A stretch of 64,000 nt of DNA from Paraspadella gotoi (Eukaryota; Animalia; Chaetognatha), in NCBI GenBank assembly GCA_051294375.1, contig CM119267.1, positions 1,649,080-1,713,079 of the forward strand. The letters run 5' to 3'. The first letter of the stretch is position 1, and the number at the start of each line of letters is the position of its first letter. This document shows positions 12,327 through 21,169 of this stretch, piece by piece. The translations under genes were made by a program, and so were the position numbers. The notes below the pieces were generated by a model. It did no database searches, had not been told where the DNA came from, and saw only the letters and a program-made list of their open reading frames with translations.

Positions 12327-12567
12327 CCCCCATACCCTCGTGCACTGCTTCCAGTGGAAGGGAGGGAAGCAATCTTCAGCTAGAGTAGGGGCTCGAATCA
12401 GGGTTGGAATACGTCGCAGTAGGCTCACCAGTGTGAATATAGGCGCTAGATATGCTGAAGACTACTATGCCAATAGAGGGTAGTGAAAGTTACGTACGGA
12501 AATCTAAAAAGTCAATATGAACAACATACCATCATGAACATTAATTTGTAAAAAAAATAATTTGTTT

Positions 12568-12968
12568 TTTAAATTTCGCAGTAGAGCTTATATTTATATA
12601 TTGTACTACCGCTTATAAATCGAAAAATTTCAAAATAGGCTTTTCTTAATTTGATTGGCAGATTTTAATTTGCTCGTCTAAAGTGATAAAGAGACAATAT
12701 AAATCATTTTTTAAAAAATCTTCATTAAGTGAGTTAAAAAAAAATTAAAAAAACTAATTTAATATAAAAATATTATTTTTTATATTAAAATATAGTTTTT
12801 TATAATTTTTGACCCACTTAATAAGGAATTTTTCAAAAGAGTGTATATTTCTTTTATCAACTTTTTATGACGAATCCAAATCGTCAAAAAAATTTAATAA
12901 AAATAGTTTTGAAATTTTAACATTTATGGGATTAGTAAGTAAAATATGGCACTCTGCGTAATTTAAAT
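12568..12968. mobile_element. ~400-bp AT-rich imperfect palindrome (foldback/MITE-like)
   Basis: Arms pair around a centre at ~12773: TTAATATAAAAA/TTTTTATATTAA, ATTAAGTGAGTTAAAAA/TTTTTGACCCACTTAAT, AAATTTCAAAA/TTTTGAAATTT, TTAAATTTCGCAG/CTGCGTAATTTAA. Confidence 0.65.
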
Positions 12969-13044
12969 TATATTACATAAATATTTCCTTGTTCCTCACT
13001 TTAGAATTCATAATTAAAGTTTAAATTTAACTTTCCATAACTGC

Positions 13045-13268
13045 TATGCCCCTGAGCAGCCAATGGAGCTTGGAACAGACTAGAGATTTGTCACAGGCGT
13101 CCAACACGCTGTTGGGGCGTCCCTCATCTTCCCCGGTCAGGTACAGGTTGGGATTGAATAAGTACTCGCCGGGTCCACCAGCTGATTGGCTTACTCATGA
13201 CGCACGGGGTCAAAGACCGAAGGTGTCATGCTTAAGCGGGGTGGAACTAGGCAATCCCGACTACAGAA
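13045..13268. repeat. Diverged ~220-bp intronic element, copy B
   Basis: Same conserved blocks, in the same order, as 12108-12326. Confidence 0.75.
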
Positions 13269-13307
13269 TCTTAAACTAAGTTTCACTGTGCCCCTCCTCC
13301 TCCACAG

Positions 13308-13486
13308 ACCCTCCCACGGACTCTCCATCGAACGCCCTCACGCGACTGGCGCAGTCGCTGCAACATCACGCGTCCGATTTCAAATCGAGGCACGGACCTC
13401 GTCTTCGATTTTCCGGCAGCGTTGTGATCGCCGGCCTTTTTGCCGCCTACTTCATCGCGGCGGTCGTCAAGACGGCAACCGTCGAG
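13308..13486 (+). CDS. SLC28A: SLC28/CNT exon (N-terminal region + first TM)
   Basis: CCACAG acceptor; open frame DPPTDSPSNALTRLAQSLQHHASDFKSRHGPRLRFSGSVVIAGLFAAYFIAAVVKTATVE; 'AAYFIAA' resembles eukaryotic CNT TM1; GAG|GTTGAT donor. Confidence 0.7.
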
Positions 13487-13738
13487 GTTGATTGATTGAT
13501 TGATTGTATGATTTCTTTTTTTATTTATTGATTGATAGATCTAATAGACTTGATTAATTGATTGTTTGATTAATCGATCTAGGTAGATTCTCAATTGATT
13601 GATGGATTTAATTAATTAATTTATTGATTGATAAGGTTACATATTGTTTAAATTCCAACCTTTAACCACCTTCCTTACCTACTCACCTTTATCCCGGACC
13701 CACCCACCTTACCACGCCCACTTATCACTCGCCCCAAG

Positions 13739-14170
13739 GTCCCCTGCGCCGCCGACGAAGACTGCGACCTCAAAACGTCTCGTCGTCGTCATCGGGCGGA
13801 TTTTCTCGTCGTCGCCGTCGTCGTCGTCGCCGCCCTCCTGATCTACGAGCGGCTCGTCAGACCGCGCCTCTCCGCCGCAGCCGCCGCCGATCGCCCTCTC
13901 TCCCGGCGCCGCCTCTCTCCGAATCTTCGCCGCGCCGTCGAGATCTCGGGCGGGCGCTTGGTCGTCGTCGTCGCCATCGTCGTCGTTCGGATCGTCGCGG
14001 CGACGTTGGCGTCGTCCCTCGTCCCTCGTCTCGGGATTCGGTCTCCTCGTCTTTGTCTTCCTCGTCTTCGTCTTCTCTCGACATCCGGGTCGCGTCAAGT
14101 GGCGCCCCGTCCTCGGCGGATTCCTGCTGCAGTTCGTCATCGCCGTTGTGGTGTTGAAGACGAGGCTCGG
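13739..14170 (+). CDS. SLC28A: SLC28/CNT exon
   Basis: 3' part reads FGLLVFVFLVFVFSRHPGRVKWRPVLGGFLLQFVIAVVVLKTRLG, the CNT 'SKH...V.WR.V..GL.LQF' motif; GG|GTGAGT donor. Confidence 0.9.
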
Positions 14171-14272
14171 GTGAGTGGAGGGTAATGATTGGTGGTTGGG
14201 TGGTTGGGTGGTTGGGTGGTAGTCGCGAATCGTTTCTCTAATGGTGGACTAAAATCCACCAACCGTTCATCA

Positions 14273-14325
14273 GCGGCCATTGGTGCAGGAGGCAAGTCAT
14301 TTGCCTCCCAACCAAAAGGTCCGGG
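14273..14325 (+). other. Truncated tRNA-like fragment (possible SINE head) followed by AATAG-type repeats
   Basis: A-box-like TGGTGCAGGAGG, anticodon arm TTTGC-CTCCCAA-CCAAA, variable loop AGGTC, start of T-stem CGGG; no TTCRA/B-box, so not a functional tRNA. Confidence 0.35.
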
Positions 14326-14899
14326 AGAATAGAATAAGAAATAGAATAAAATAGAATAAGAAAAAAATACTTGTTAAAATTTATCAAAAAAATAATTTTT
14401 CTAAATAATAAAAATTTACAAAGATTATTGCTATTTTGTTGAAGAGCAGGTGCAAGTTAAGATCTAGTGGGTGCAGCTAAAATTTATTTTAAATGTCGTT
14501 TTTTCTTACAAAAAGTTTCCGTCTTTGTAGAGCCCTCTAGTAGAATATGGTGAAAAGACTAAGAAATTTTAATGGGACTGTTCTTTTGTTTCAGAAGAAA
14601 ATATTAAAACCTCTGGTGGTTGTACTTAAAATAAATTTTATTGCTATTTTGTTTTTAAAAATGCTCCTTCGTTTTTACAGCCATCTGGATTATTAAGACT
14701 AAAACATGTAAAAATTTGCTAGTGAAGATCTAGTGGGTACAGACAGAAGAGCAAATTTCTATAGAAAGTAAAGGGAAAATGCTCATAGTAGAGAAAGTAA
14801 GAGACAAATCCTAGTAGGAGATAAGAAAAGTTAAGTAACCGGAATTTACAATAAACTATCAGCGTCCCGCGACGCTCACTTGTTTTCCCCTCTCTTTAG

Positions 14900-14988
14900 T
14901 TTCTGCTTCTTTCGATTCGCCGGCCAACAAACGGAGATCTTTCTCAACTACTCCTCTTACGGCGCCGAGTTCGTATTCAACGTCAAAG
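14900..14988 (+). CDS. SLC28A: SLC28/CNT exon
   Basis: TTTAG acceptor / G|GTGAGG donor; FCFFRFAGQQTEIFLNYSSYGAEFVFNVK matches the CNT pattern F.WLG.Q.Q.FL.YT.AGS.FVFG. Confidence 0.9.
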
Positions 14989-15320
14989 GTGAGGAGAAAA
15001 CAAAGTAGCACTCATCAATCAAACATTAAATGAATCCATAAAATTATAAGTGACTTAATTGATCAATGGTTAAATAAGCTAAAAGTTATCTTAACAAATA
15101 ATCTTATGACTTATGTATATATCAATCAAATAGTAAATGAATGAACGAATGAATGAATGAATGAATGTATGAACTTATTAATGAATGAGAAATTGAATGA
15201 TTTAACGAATGATTCAATCAATAAATCACCCAATCAATCAATCCAATAAAATCAAATCAATCAAATCAATCAAATCAATCAAATCAATCAAATCAATCCA
15301 AATTCAAATCAATCAATCAG

Positions 15321-15451
15321 GTTTTGAGCGCGGGTCACGATTTTCTTTTCATCTTCGCCTTCCCAAGTGTACTTCCACATCGTCATCCTCTTTCTCTTCC
15401 TTCGTCGCGATGCTTTATCACACGGGCGTGATGCTTTACGTCATTAAAAAG
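15321..15451 (+). CDS. SLC28A: SLC28/CNT exon
   Basis: Indel-corrected FIFAFQVLPIVILFSSFVAMLYHTGVMLYVIKK matches FAFQVLPII.FFS.VMS.LYYLG.MQW.I.K. Confidence 0.9.
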
Positions 15452-15806
15452 GTCGATTCAGTTATTATTTTTAATTTTAATAGTTTCTTAATGGAGTATA
15501 CAGTGCTAAAGACAAAATACAATTGTCGGATATTTCGTTATATAGGTGTCATCTTTTTATCCAAAACAAGCAGAGATTTAGAGAGAGATAAAAGACTGAA
15601 GAGAAAAAGAGAGAGTGATAGAATGACCCTAAAAGGGTCGGCCCCCGCCTCCCGTTACAAGTCATTAAAAACAGTCTATGTATCAGTATTTAGAACTTCA
15701 TACTTACCATACTTACATACAACCCCCTCACCTGCTCGTGCCGAAAATTCCTAAAGCTTTGTTAGCTCTTCAAAATGACTCGAACTCTCCCGTTACAACG
15801 ACCCAG

Positions 15807-16077
15807 GTCTCTTGGTGATGGCCTGGCGATGGGCACCACCGCGGCCGAGTCCCTCGTCGCCGTCTCCAACGTCTTCATCAGTCAGAGCGAAGCGCCTCTG
15901 CTCATCCGGCCTTTCTCGGCGACATGACCCCGATCCGAGATCCACGCCGTCCTCACTTCCGCATGGCGACGGTCGCCGGATCGACTCTCGGCGCCTACAT
16001 CGGCGTTCGGCGTCGACGCCTCTCATCTTCTCTGCGCCTCCATCATGTCCGCGCCGGCCGCCTTGGCAATGGCAAAG
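15807..16077 (+). CDS. SLC28A: SLC28/CNT exon (HP1/substrate-binding region)
   Basis: Indel-corrected [81 protein letters not shown] is the most conserved CNT block. Confidence 0.95.
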
Positions 16078-16299
16078 GTTTATTTTGGGGCGGGGGGGGG
16101 TTGAAGGGAAGAGCGAGAACCGTGTGGGGGAGAGATCAAGGTGGGCAGGCTGTGAAATTATCTAATCAATAGTGAAATTCAATTCTTTACAGAAAAAAAA
16201 TACGATACTCTACCCACACAACAAATTTAATTCAATCCATCCCAAATAGAGGCTGACCCTATCGCCAAGAACCTACTTACCTACTTACCTACCATCGTA

Positions 16300-16475
16300 A
16301 AAAGCCCTCCTTCATCCTGCTATCCTTACCCCTACCTCCTTCTTCCTATCCTTACCTACCTCCTTCATCCTCTATCCTTACCCTACCCTCCTTCATCCTT
16401 ATCCTACCCCTACCCTCCTTCATCCTCTATCCTTACCCTACCCTCCTTCATCTCTATCCTTAACCCCTACCCATC
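16300..16475. repeat. ~29-bp intronic minisatellite
   Basis: TATCCTTACCCCTACCCTCCTTCATCCTC repeated ~6 times. Confidence 0.85.
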
Positions 16476-16500
16476 TGCCATGCTCCAAATCCCCATTCAG

Positions 16501-16696
16501 CTTTCTACCCGGAAACGGAAAAGTCCTCGACGACCTTCGCCGATGTTGAGGCAATGGATTCCAGCCAGTCCCTACAGAGCAACATCCTGGAGGCGGCGTC
16601 GACGGGCGCCTCGAACGCGGTGGCGCTCGTCGCCGGCATCGCCGCCAATCTCATAGCCTTCATCTCTCTAGTCGCCTTCGCCAACGCCGCCTCGCA
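16501..16696 (+). CDS. SLC28A: SLC28/CNT exon
   Basis: FYPETEKSSTTFADVEAMDSSQSLQSNILEAASTGASNAVALVAGIAANLIAFISLVAFANAA matches CNT L.YPE.E...N.LEAAS.GA......VANIAANLIAFLA; CAG acceptor, GTAAG donor. Confidence 0.95.
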
Positions 16697-16859
16697 GTAA
16701 GATGTTGTTGTTGTTGTTGTAAGGTCTATCTCCCGCCTCTCTTCTGTTCATCCTTCTCCTGGTTTCCTATTCTCTTCTTCTTCCTCTCCTCCTCCTCTTC
16801 CTCCTCCTCATCCGACGCCACGAGAGTCTTCATCTTCCTCCTCCTCCTCCTCCTCGCAG

Positions 16860-17098
16860 ATACTTCGGGCGAACTGGTGGAGATCCGCGAGGTCCTCTGT
16901 GACCAAGAACTCAGCCTCAATCTCGTCGTCGGCTACGCTTCACGCCCTTCGCCTGGCTGATGGGGCGTGTGCCTGGACCGACTGTCGCTGGATCGGCGAA
17001 CTCGGTGGGCGTCAAGACGATCGTCAAACGAGTTCGTCGCCTTCCGAGGAATTGGGGAAGTTGAAGCGGACCGAGATGTGGAACGCGATGGATTGGCG
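16860..17098 (+). CDS. SLC28A: SLC28/CNT exon
   Basis: Indel-corrected YFGELVEIREVLCDQELSLNLVVGYAFTPFAWLMGVAWTDCRWIGELVGVKTIVNEFVAFEELGKLKR matches WLG.LVD...LSFQ.I.SY...P.AF.MGV.W.DC..V.EL.G.K.F.NEFVAY; CG|GTGAGC donor. Confidence 0.93.
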
Positions 17099-17414
17099 GT
17101 GAGCGGGCTGGGCTGGGTGGGCGATAATTTGGGTGGAGAGGTTTGAGGAGAAATGCTGTTAAATTGATGGATGGATGAATTACTATCTAGGTCGACTAGT
17201 GCTCGTATCCGCTACTCATTTAGGGCGGAACGGGTTGAAAAATAGAAGTTCTTCACAAATAGATTATGGTAACAGTGACTGTGAGAGAATATGAAGTGAA
17301 AATGTTTTAAGATTTACCTTAGAGATAAGCACACCGGAAGCATTATTCTATAAAAAAGCTAAATTTTTTAAAAATTCTTGTAGTTTTTTTTTTTTGATAG
17401 ATTTTGATAAAGCT

Positions 17415-17730
17415 TTAAAAGTTAGATTAAGGTTATTATTATACTTAAAATTAGATTAAGGATTATTACAACTTAAAAGTAGATTAGGTTATTATTACAA
17501 CTTAAAGTAAATTAAGGTTATTTATACTTAAAAGTAGATTAAGTTTATTATTAAGATACTTAAAAAGTTAGATTAAGTTGTTATTACATTAAAAGTTAGA
17601 TTTAATGTGTTACTTATTTATCAACTAAATAAGTTAGAATTAAGGTTATTATTTCTAATTAAAAGTAGATTAAGGTTATTTTTATAACTTAAAAAGTTAG
17701 ATTCATAGGCTTATTATTACACAACTTTAA
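17415..17730. repeat. ~31-bp AT-rich intronic minisatellite
   Basis: AAAAGTTAGATTAAGGTTATTATTACAACTT repeated ~10 times with indels. Confidence 0.85.
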
Positions 17731-17915
17731 AACAATACGAAACAAAACAACCACAAACCATTCGCCAATTTTCCTCACCGGATTCAGAAATTATTCACCT
17801 TTACCTGGATGCGGATCCCTCGGCATCGTGAGCCTGCGTGCGTCGTCCAAACGTCTCCGTCTCTCTCTCTCTCTTCAACGACTCCCTCTTCCCTCTCTCC
17901 CCATTTCGCTCCCAG

Positions 17916-18190
17916 CTGCTCGGAGACCATCGCCAATAGCCCTCTTGCGGGATTCTCCAAAGCTTTTCCTCCGCACGGCGTCATGATCGGCGCCCCTCGC
18001 GGCGCTGGCACCGCGCCCGGACCCGCGCGACGTAAGCCCGTCGTCCTTCGACCATGATCAGGGGAACGCGCGTCCTGCTTTCGGCCACCGGCTTGCATCG
18101 CGGGCTGCTGCTGGGGAAGGAGGAGGAGGAGGAGGAGGAGAGAGGAGGAGGAGGGGAGGAGTGGAAAGTGCGAGAGAGTTTGGGTGTGGA
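17916..18190 (+). CDS. SLC28A: SLC28/CNT terminal coding exon
   Basis: Indel-corrected RSETIA.YALCGFS.FSS.GVMIGAL.ALAP.R..DVS.VVLR.MI.GN..CF.TACIAGLLL matches R.E.I.T.ALCGFANFSSIGIMLGGL..MAP.RK.D.S..VLRAL..G.......AC.AGIL. Noisy; probable end EWKCEESWV*. Confidence 0.8.
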
Positions 18191-18690
18191 GAGAGGCGAG
18201 AGAGGGAGAGATGGAGAGAGGGAGAGAGGGGAGAGTGGAAAGTGCGAGGAGAGTTGGGTGGTGAGAGAGAGGGAGAGATGGAGGGGAAGAGGGAGAGAGA
18301 GAAGGGAGGGAGAGGGAGACGAGGGAGGAGAGAGGGGAGGCAGTTGGAAGTGCGAGGAGAGTTAGCGTGTGAGGAGAGGGAGAGAGGGAGGGAGAAGAGA
18401 GAGGGAAGAGAGGGGAGGAGTGGAAAGTGCGGGACGAGTTGGGTGTGGAGAGAGGGTGAGAGGAAGAAGAGGGAGGGAGAGGAGAGAGGGGAGGGAGTTG
18501 AAGTGCGAGGAGAGTTGGGTGTGAGAGAGAGGGAGAGAGGGAGGGAAAGAGGGAGGGAGAGGGAAGAGAGGGGAATTGGTGTGAGAGAGCGGGAGAGATG
18601 GGGGGTAGAGGATGGGAGGGAGGAGGAGTGGAATGCGAGGAAGAGTTGGGCTGAGAATGGAGAGGTGAGGGAGAGGGAGAGAAAGAGTAA
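18130..18690 (+). repeat. Purine-rich ~60-70-bp tandem repeat overlapping the CNT 3' end
   Basis: Core GAGTGGAAGTGCGAGGAGAGTTGGGTGTGA recurs ~6-7 times separated by GA-rich tracts. Confidence 0.75.
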
Positions 18691-19267
18691 ATGGGAAGGG
18701 AACTTCCTCGAGTTTTACTCTCGTCATTCTTCTTCATTTACGTTAAGAACAAACGAATTTTGTTATAATGTCTCTCAGTATTATTCAGTCGTTACAATTT
18801 ACTTGGTTTTTTTTTATGGTGCTCGGTGGCTTTTAATAATCATTGACGGATTGAACTCGCATATTTATTTTTAACAAATATATAAAAAAATTATTTCATT
18901 AACTTAGTTAATTTTCTTTTTTCAAATCATTGTCTAATTGAGACATCTTTTCGTTGAATACCTGAATGTAGACTGTCCAGCATTTATTAATACGCACGTT
19001 CAAATAAAAAAAATCGATAAATTATAATTTAAAATCACCAATCAGATCCCCACACCCACCCTCCCTGCCCCACCGATACCGCCTGCCCGCCCGTTCACCA
19101 CCATCACTGCCGCGACCTCTGCCAAGAAGACTTCCTCCTTTACCCAGAGCCCATCCCCCTTCCCGGATCGCGCCACCGCCCGCGGACCTGCAGCCCGAGA
19201 ACCCGCCCCGCATGGGCCGGCCGCGAGGGCTGAGGCTGGCCACGGTGCTGAGTCGAGGGGAGAAAAA

Positions 19268-19282
19268 GATGAAGATGATGAA

Positions 19283-19317
<35 letters not shown>

Positions 19318-19352
19318 GGATGATGATAATGAGGATGATGATGATGATGAAG
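19268..19352. repeat. (GAT)n microsatellite
   Basis: Imperfect trinucleotide run. Confidence 0.9.
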
Positions 19353-19850
19353 AAGAATCGAGAAAACGTGGAATTTGTGGAATTGGATCTGGGAGAAGAT
19401 TTGAATGAGGTCACAAAAAACACAAGAAAACAATGTGGCGTCAAGCAGAATGTAAAAAAAACTTCGAATGGTTACTGTTATGAACTATCTCAGATAATTC
19501 ATCTAAAGTTTATTTCGCGTTGTATACAGTAGTTTTCAATTTTCATAAACATAGAAAAGCTTCATTAATTTAAGAAAACATTTTTAGTAATCTATACACG
19601 TTTTTATTTTACAAAGCAAGTAAAAGAGAGAGTTTTTTGCACGAATTTTTTTTTTCACCCAAAATACAATCAAAATTCATAGTTTATTATTTATTATAGT
19701 CTCTCAAAGTGAAGAGAAATTAAATTTTAGATTAGATTTATTTAATGAGACGGGTCCGAGGGCCATGAGTCGCAGTTATAAAAGATCAAGCCGGTTACAA
19801 ATAATCGCGAATTCAAATATTCTAAAAAGGAAACGAACGTCTTTTGTTAA

Positions 19851-20535
19851 TTTTTAAATCACGATCCAAGACGTCATCTGTTGAGTCATTGAATGAACTA
19901 AGCGGAGTTTTGTGAAACAAAAGACAGTTGAAAGGAAATTTCGAGTTCGTTGTCGTCGTCGTTGTCAGTCGTCGTCATCGTAATTATCGTCGTCGACGTC
20001 GTCATTGTCATCGTCATCATCTTCGTCGTCGTCCCCATCGTCCACCCAACCGGTCAACTTCGCAAGTGCTGCCATGAGTCATTGGCGCAGTCAATGGGGC
20101 GCAATNNNNNNNNNNNNNNNNNNNNNNNNNNNNNNNNNNNNNNNNNNNNNNNNNNNNNNNNNNNNNNNNNNNNNNNNNNNNNNNNNNNNNNNNNNNNNNN
20201 NNNNNNNNNNNNNNNNNNNNNNNNNNNNNNNNNNNNNNNNNNNNNNNNNNNNNNNNNNNNNNNNNNNNNNNNNNNNNNNNNNNNNNNNNNNNNNNNGAGA
20301 GAGAGAGAGAGAGAGAGAGAGACAAAGAGCTTTTTCTCAAGCTTTTTTTATTTTCCAAACAATATTGTACTAACAAATTTTTGCAGTTTTAGATTGTTTA
20401 TTCTCTTTATTTTTCTTATTATTATTTTTATTATATTTTATTTTTTATTTTTAGCACGACTATCTATTTTTATAAAATATTCTGTTCTCTTTTTATCCTT
20501 TTATATTCTGCTCAATTTAGTCTCTTCCAAAAAAA
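19851..20535 (+). repeat. Dispersed ~600-bp duplicated segment, copy B (contains a gap)
   Basis: Colinear with 8173-8765 on both sides of the N gap. Confidence 0.85.
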
Positions 20536-20613
20536 AAAAANNNNNNNNNNNNNNNNNNNNNNNNNNNNNNNNNNNNNNNNNNNNNNNNNNNNNNNNAAGG
20601 GAAAAAATGGCAT

Positions 20614-20850
20614 AGAAAATATTGGGGCGAAAAAAAAGGGACAAAATAAGGAAGAACTATGGGCGAAAAAAAAAGGAAAAAAACACGGAAGAAAACTATA
20701 AGTGTTCAACTCCGCCGTTCGCTCCTGAATTCCATGGTGCGAAAGGCAGGCGGCTTGCATGAGATTTGATGCACCAGCCCCCCTTTTTTTTCGCCCCATA
20801 GTTTTCTTCCTTTTTTTCCCCTTTTTTTTCGCCCCATAGTTTTCTTCCTT
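20614..20850. mobile_element. Small foldback-like element with internally repeated inverted arms
   Basis: Left arm has 2-3 copies of GGAAGAAAACTATGGGGCGAAAAAAAA; right arm has 2 copies of its reverse complement TTTTTTTTCGCCCCATAGTTTTCTTCC; ~75-bp unique spacer. Confidence 0.55.
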
Positions 20851-21169
20851 TTTTTTAAGCACAATGTCCTTTTTGTCTTTTAAACCACGAAATATTTTTT
20901 TTGGGGGATAATTTCGAATGGTCTGTTTGTTTGGTACCGAAAGGTAAATTTTTTATTAATAAATTTGAAAGTTTTCCGTCTGTGATACCATTTTCTTATT
21001 TGTCTCACTGTCAACAAAGTCATTTCTTTGTCTCAAAATTTGTCTATGTCCCTTTCCTTGTCCAATGTTCTCTTTACTTTGTCCCCGAGTCCAAAATCAC
21101 GTGATTTGACGTCAACAAATCCTTCACAACTTGACGCCTCAGGGGGAAAGAAGCTCTCTCTCTCTCTCT

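Noticed and set aside
12454-12500. Canonical hammerhead ribozyme (CTGAAGA…GAAA)
   Set aside because: An extra nucleotide precedes GAAA, and no stem III/NUH or stem I partner is found nearby.
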